From the NCBI GenBank assembly GCA_963777505.1, contig CAVZQN010000004.1, forward strand, positions 1,056,001 through 1,120,000: a DNA stretch of 64,000 nucleotides, in the 5' to 3' direction. Under the pieces are notes generated by a model. It made no database searches. It was given only the letters and a program-made list of their open reading frames with translations, and had not been told where the DNA came from. Made by a program: the position numbers and the translations under genes. Positions within the stretch are counted from its first letter, which is position 1. Every line of letters starts with the position of its first letter. Below are positions 58,370-64,000 of this stretch, piece after piece. The DNA is from an uncultured bacterium (GTDB lineage: Bacteria; Acidobacteriota; HRBIN11; JAKEFK01).

Positions 58370-58993
58370 TTATTTTTTCAACAACTTATACGCCATTTCA
58401 GGGCCCATTCCCTGCGCATATGCGAGCTGGACGAAAAGTTCAGCCATCGGCTCAAGATAGCGCGCATTTTTCAAAGGTCCTGAGTCTACTGCTTCAAATG
58501 CCAGATCTGTAATTAATTTTGCAACAATTCTCTTTGCTTCAGGATCATCCCCGCAATAAAAAACTGTGGCAGGGACGGAATTAAAGACAGGTTTCGAAAG
58601 CGTTGCCGAAGACACAGCATTAAAGGCTTTCACAACACGTGCATCAGGTACCATTTTGGCGATTTCTTCACCGGCGGATGTACTAAAGCCAATAACAAGC
58701 TCCAAATAATTTTCTGTTAATGGATTTGTACAATCAATCAAGATTTTTCCTGTTAACGGTCCTGCCATACGTAATGCATTTTCAACTCCATCCCAAGGCA
58801 CAGCCAGCAGAACTACCTCACCGAAACGTGCAGCATCCGCGATCGAACCTGAACTGATATTGACATTAATTCCTGCCATAGTCCGCACGCTTTCTGGATT
58901 TCTGGAGCCGAAAGTTATCTTATGGCCTCTGGATGCCCATAATCTTCCAAGACCATCCCCCATATTTCCTGTACCAATTACGCCGATTTTCAT
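58370..58993 (-). CDS. NADP oxidoreductase, F420-dependent family (NpdG-like)
   Basis: IGTGNMG, GSRNP, VLLAVPW, IDCTNP, VVKAFN, CGDD..AK, ARYLEP. Confidence 0.9.
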   Translation of the reverse strand: MKIGVIGTGNMGDGLGRLWASRGHKITFGSRNPESVRTMAGINVNISSGSIADAARFGEVVLLAVPWDGVENALRMAGPLTGKILIDCTNPLTENYLELVIGFSTSAGEEIAKMVPDARVVKAFNAVSSATLSKPVFNSVPATVFYCGDDPEAKRIVAKLITDLAFEAVDSGPLKNARYLEPMAELFVQLAYAQGMGPEMAYKLLKK

Positions 58994-59006
58994 GACCCAC
59001 CAAAAA

Positions 59007-59098
59007 GGATTTTAGATTTGAGATTTCAGGTTTCAGATTTAGAATAAAAACGTAAAACGTAATGCGCAGGAGTTGTTTACGTTTTTCGGATTCCGGTT
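59007..59098. repeat. Heptamer-like repeats (GATTTYA; AAAACGT) in the divergent intergenic region
   Basis: GATTTTA GATTTGA GATTTCA GGTTTCA GATTTAG; AAAACGT AAAACGT, inverted by TTTACGTTTT. Confidence 0.5.
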
Positions 59099-59150
59099 TT
59101 TTATCATATTTCATAAAGCGCAAATCACAAATTGGTGAAGTGGAGGCAAA

Positions 59151-60848
59151 ATGCAGAAAGCATGGATTGCATGCTGTTTCGCAATTGGGATCCTTGTGTT
59201 GTTTAGTAATTTGAGTACAGCGGATGACGCTGGACAATATGACGTTGTCCTTCGAAATGGTGTCATTTATGACGGTGGAGGAAAGGCGCCATTCAAAGGT
59301 GATGTCGCAATAAAAGGCGATCGAATTGCGGCTGTAGGGAACATCGGGAAGATGAAAGGCAAGACGGAAGTCGATGTGGCGGGACTAGCTGTAGCGCCTG
59401 GGTTCATAAACATGTTGAGCTGGGCTGTGGAAAGTTTGATTGTTGATGGCACATCGCTAGGGGACATTCGTCAAGGTGTAACTCTCGAAGTATTTGGTGA
59501 AGGTTCTTCGATGGGGCCTTTGAATGAAAGCATGAGAAAAGAACTCATAGAAAGCCAATCCGATCTTAAATATGACGTTAAATGGACGTCATTTGGAGAA
59601 TACCTGGAATTTTTAGAAAAGAATGGAGTCTCGCCTAATGTTGCCTCTTTTCTCGGTGCAGCAACCGCTCGCATTTATGTTCTCGGTTATGAAGATCGCG
59701 CACCCAATGCTGAAGAGCTTCAAAAAATGAGAACGCTTGTAAAAGATGCGATGGAAGAAGGTGCAATGGGAATCGGGTCTTCATTGATTTATGCTCCGGG
59801 ATTCTATGCAAAAACTGAAGAGTTGATTGAGATGTGCAAAGTCGCCTCACAATATGGCGGCATGTATATCTCACATATGCGGAGTGAAGGGAATTCGCTT
59901 GTCGAAGCAGTAGACGAGCTCATTCGAATATCTCGCGAAGCTAAGCTGCCCGCGGAAATTTATCACTTGAAGGCCGGAGGAACAGTAAACTGGAAAAAGA
60001 TGGATGAAGTTATCCGCAAAGTAGAAGCTGCACAAAAAGAAGGATTAAAAATAACGGCAGACATGTATATGTATCCGGCTGGTGCAACAGGATTGGATGC
60101 GTCAATGCCGCCATGGGTTCAAGAAGGTGGATTTAAAGAGTGGCGAGAAAGACTGATGAAGCCTGAAATCCGCGCCCGCGTGATGAAAGAAATGTCTGAG
60201 CCAACGAATGAATGGGAAAACTTATATTTCCTGGCCGGTTCGCCTGATCGGATCGTGCTTGCAGGTTTTCGTAAAGATGAATTGAAACCACTTACCGGAA
60301 AGACTCTGGCAGAAGTTGCAAAGATGCGTGGAAAATCGCCGCAAGAAACTGCAATGGATCTGGTGATTGAAGATGAAAGCCGTGTCGGGACTATTTATTT
60401 CCTGATGTCTGAAGAAAACATTCGAAAACAAGCAGGTTTGCCATGGGTTAGCTTTGGTTCAGATGAAGGTTCCTACCGTCCGGAAGGAGTTTTTCTGAAG
60501 TTCAATGCACATCCACGCGCATACGGAAATTTTGCGCGCTTGCTTGGCAAATATGTGCGTGAAGAAAAAGCTTTAACATTAGAAGAGGCTGTTCGGCGGT
60601 TAACTTCATTTCCGGCAGGAAACTTGAAAATAAATGATCGTGGTTCATTGAAGTCAGGGAATTTTGCAGATGTTGTTGTTTTTGATCCTGCAAAAGTTGC
60701 CGATCATGCAACTTTTGAAAAGCCGCATCAGCTTGCTACCGGTGTAATTCATGTATTTGTGAATGGCGTTCAAGTATTAAAGGATCAAGAACACACAGGC
60801 GCCAAGCCAGGAAGATTTGTTCGCGGTCCCGGCTACAAACAAAAATGA
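59151..60848 (+). CDS. Secreted N-acyl-D-amino-acid deacylase (D-aminoacylase family amidohydrolase)
   Basis: APGFIN, QGVT, YISHMRSE, EIYHLK, MYMYPAG, GSD, HPRAYGNF, ADVVVFDP. Confidence 0.9.
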   Translation: MQKAWIACCFAIGILVLFSNLSTADDAGQYDVVLRNGVIYDGGGKAPFKGDVAIKGDRIAAVGNIGKMKGKTEVDVAGLAVAPGFINMLSWAVESLIVDGTSLGDIRQGVTLEVFGEGSSMGPLNESMRKELIESQSDLKYDVKWTSFGEYLEFLEKNGVSPNVASFLGAATARIYVLGYEDRAPNAEELQKMRTLVKDAMEEGAMGIGSSLIYAPGFYAKTEELIEMCKVASQYGGMYISHMRSEGNSLVEAVDELIRISREAKLPAEIYHLKAGGTVNWKKMDEVIRKVEAAQKEGLKITADMYMYPAGATGLDASMPPWVQEGGFKEWRERLMKPEIRARVMKEMSEPTNEWENLYFLAGSPDRIVLAGFRKDELKPLTGKTLAEVAKMRGKSPQETAMDLVIEDESRVGTIYFLMSEENIRKQAGLPWVSFGSDEGSYRPEGVFLKFNAHPRAYGNFARLLGKYVREEKALTLEEAVRRLTSFPAGNLKINDRGSLKSGNFADVVVFDPAKVADHATFEKPHQLATGVIHVFVNGVQVLKDQEHTGAKPGRFVRGPGYKQK

Positions 60849-61476
60849 TCTGAGTTGCGGTTTCTGCGGTTCACGTTAAAAAGGAAAATCAGACTAGCAA
60901 TAATCCACCAGATTCCTACCAAACGGAATACGTGAAGTGTGTTTTGAATTCCTAGCAAAAAGAGGTTGTGAATCGGAAAGGGAAAGTTTGGTGAATCTGT
61001 CTCTTTACCAATCCGCCACAGGAAAGAAATACTGACAACTGTGCATGCGATAAAAAACTGAAATATGAACTGGTTCCACTCCCTTGGAAAGTGGAACACT
61101 TTGATTGCATCCAAAATCATTGTCAGAACATACCAGGCCAACGGTATGAATATTCCAATTCGCAAGATCATTGCGTAATGCGAGCAAAAATCAAAAAATC
61201 TTTTTGCGCGATTGATGCAAAGTTCCTGACAGAATTCAAATTCAATCGGCTTGCCGCATTCTACGGATTGAGCGACACGCGGACGTGAAGTCCTTCCACA
61301 CCATAAGCAGCGGAATTTTCGAAAGCGATTCATAAATGGAATTGCCACAAAGCGATGTGAAATCATAATCGCTATTGCGGCTCCAAAACTGGGAATGATA
61401 CCAAAGGGATATCTTAGAAAAAGAAATAAAACGAGCGGGATGAAGACGAACAGAAGAATGCCACTGAGATGTATCA

Positions 61477-61477
<1 letters not shown>
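60833..61477 (-). CDS. Hypothetical membrane protein with a CxxC motif
   Basis: GTG at 61477 overlaps the pta stop (TAGTG); several TM helices; CLWCG. Confidence 0.65.
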
Positions 61478-62494
<1,017 letters not shown>

Positions 62495-62660
62495 GACAGA
62501 TCGACCATAGTACCACGAATAATAGGGTGGGTTTAGCCCCGGCCGGCCAGATAGCTGGAGGACTTTATCGGCGAGTCTTAAGCACATCTCAACGTATTAT
62601 TTGTCGGTCACTTCGAACTCCAATATAATGGGGGCATTCAAAGAGAGGTAAAGGTCAAAC

Positions 62661-63488
62661 ATGAGAACTCGTATCAGCATGTTCGCTGCTCTGATTGTCG
62701 TTGTTTTTTCAACATTTGTGTTCGCACAAGCTAGAATTCAGGAACGACTCATTGTAGGCGCAACACCCATTTCGCAGGGTGATTTAAAGCTCGGCGAAAG
62801 ACTTACGACCCGGGAGGGGTTTGTAATTGAACCAGGAGTCTATCGGATTTCTGTAAACGTCAATACTCTTGGAGAGTGTCAGTTCATTTTGAGTCCTTAC
62901 AAACAGGATTCGGTAGATTCAAGCAAAGGACTTGAAAAAAATGCGATGAATACTATGCGCAAACTCGATCCGAAATCGTTTGTCGGTGCGCGTATTCAAA
63001 AAAATCTATTGGTTAAAGGGATTGCATCAAATATCGAAGGAACATTCCATGTTCAAAACATTACACCGAGCGAAGCAGTCCTCAATTTCAATTCCAAACA
63101 ATTTTCCGCCGATGCGGTTTTAGGAAGATCGTTGGACAGTAAACTTGTGGATTTGGTTCCAGTGTTCATGAGTTTGGAAGAGACAACCGAGTGTGGAGCC
63201 GATTGTGTTGAAGGCTATGTAAAAGTAACAGTTCGCAATGATGGAAACACTCCGGCTGTTGGAAAGTGGAATGTAGTCGTCATAGATCCTCAATTTTATG
63301 TTGGAACAATTACTGACATCCCACCTGCTGGCGAAAAGTCAGTCGTTTCTGCAGCGCGGATTAAACTTCCTTGTTGCAATCCAGCAAATCTGGATGCTGA
63401 AGTCCATTCTGATTTTTATAACAGTGCTGCAACCGATTCCAATGATAGCAATAACGCCAAGCGTTTTACTCTTAAGTTAAAACCCTAG
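62661..63488 (+). CDS. Secreted hypothetical protein with C-terminal CARDB-like Ig domain
   Basis: Signal peptide (VFA-Q); DLVP, VTVRNDG, DSNDSNN. Confidence 0.7.
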   Translation: MRTRISMFAALIVVVFSTFVFAQARIQERLIVGATPISQGDLKLGERLTTREGFVIEPGVYRISVNVNTLGECQFILSPYKQDSVDSSKGLEKNAMNTMRKLDPKSFVGARIQKNLLVKGIASNIEGTFHVQNITPSEAVLNFNSKQFSADAVLGRSLDSKLVDLVPVFMSLEETTECGADCVEGYVKVTVRNDGNTPAVGKWNVVVIDPQFYVGTITDIPPAGEKSVVSAARIKLPCCNPANLDAEVHSDFYNSAATDSNDSNNAKRFTLKLKP

Positions 63489-63503
63489 AAGATTAAGACT
63501 TTC

Positions 63504-63539
63504 GGGCAATAGAATTCCTTCTATTGCCCTTTTCCTTTT
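63504..63539 (+). terminator. Intrinsic terminator
   Basis: GGGCAATAGAA-TTCC-TTCTATTGCCC followed by TTTTCCTTTT. Confidence 0.8.
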
Positions 63540-63540
63540 G

Positions 63541-63569
63541 TTGACTTTTTATCCTCTTGTTGATATATT
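63541..63569 (+). promoter_or_regulatory. Putative sigma70 promoter for the E1 alpha gene
   Basis: TTGACT-N17-TATATT with a TG extension. Confidence 0.6.
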
Positions 63570-63682
63570 AAACGATCTCTAACTTATTGCATTTACAAGA
63601 GATTTCTAAATATTCGTTTTACCGCAGAGCTCGCTGAGCCCGCTGAAAAAAAGTAATAAAAATCCGCCTGGAGGTTCTTCAC

Positions 63683-64000
63683 ATGGCAATGGAACTCATG
63701 CAGGTCTTATCAAATGAAGGGATTGTAGATCAAAAGACGGAGCCTTCCATTCCAAAGGAGGATTTGCTTCGTTTATACAGAATCATGTTGCTGAACCGGC
63801 AGCTTGATGAGCGGATGATGAAATTACAGCGGCAGGGGCGTATTGGATTTTATTTGCAATCCATGGGTGAAGAAGCAACTACAGTTGGGACAGCATATGT
63901 TCTGAAGCCGCAAGATTGGATTTTTCCATGCTACCGTGAGCCAGGCGCAGCATTTATACGCGGATTTAGCGTGAAAGATTTTGTCTGTCAGTTGATCGGA
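63683..64000 (+). CDS. 2-oxoacid (pyruvate or branched-chain) dehydrogenase E1 alpha subunit, 5' part; runs off the window
   Basis: Hand translation: MAMELMQVLS...DERMMKLQRQGRIGFYLQSMGEEA...DWIFPCYRE; GGAGG RBS. Absent from the ORF track because it has no stop in the window. Confidence 0.9.
   Translation, partial: MAMELMQVLSNEGIVDQKTEPSIPKEDLLRLYRIMLLNRQLDERMMKLQRQGRIGFYLQSMGEEATTVGTAYVLKPQDWIFPCYREPGAAFIRGFSVKDFVCQLIG

Noticed and set aside
58370-58993. Evidence of F420 metabolism
   Set aside because: This oxidoreductase family also occurs in bacteria without F420, and no F420 biosynthesis genes are in the window.

Overview
Gene-dense bacterial chromosomal window, most likely Acidobacteriota-like: it carries VWFA-related acidobacterial proteins, Oar-like TonB-dependent receptors (TBDRs), sulfatase-TPR fusions and ASPIC/UnbV FG-GAP proteins. 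I found no rRNA, tRNA, CRISPR array or transposase. At least seven genes carry single-base frameshifts, mostly in short homopolymers, which probably reflects long-read assembly error. Layout: 0.6-21.8 kb is an envelope locus (two TBDR paralogs, two Thr-motif sulfatase-like TPR proteins, a TPR protein, two FG-GAP/UnbV proteins, two VWA proteins). 22-27.8 kb is a tight operon of a non-pyrrolysine MttB methyltransferase, corrinoid protein, RACo-type ASKHA activator, stand-alone MetH activation domain and homocysteine methyltransferase. This looks like a folate-independent split methionine synthase fed by a methylated amine. A near-identical palindrome (GTTTCACA-W-TGTGAAAC) lies upstream of both TBDRs and of that operon, suggesting a shared import-and-demethylation regulon; this is the best candidate for an undescribed system. 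The rest holds a PAS/GAF/GGDEF/EAL protein, LemA-TPM-TPM, glgA, proC, a MATE transporter with an attenuator-like leader, gap, a kinase-ATPase-TPR-solute-binding fusion, bacterial topoisomerase VI (top6B/top6A), D-aminoacylase, pta and the start of a 2-oxoacid dehydrogenase E1 alpha. Intergenic DNA is rich in several REP-like miniature repeat families, and several genes look leaderless. All calls rest on motifs recognised by eye; no searches were run.
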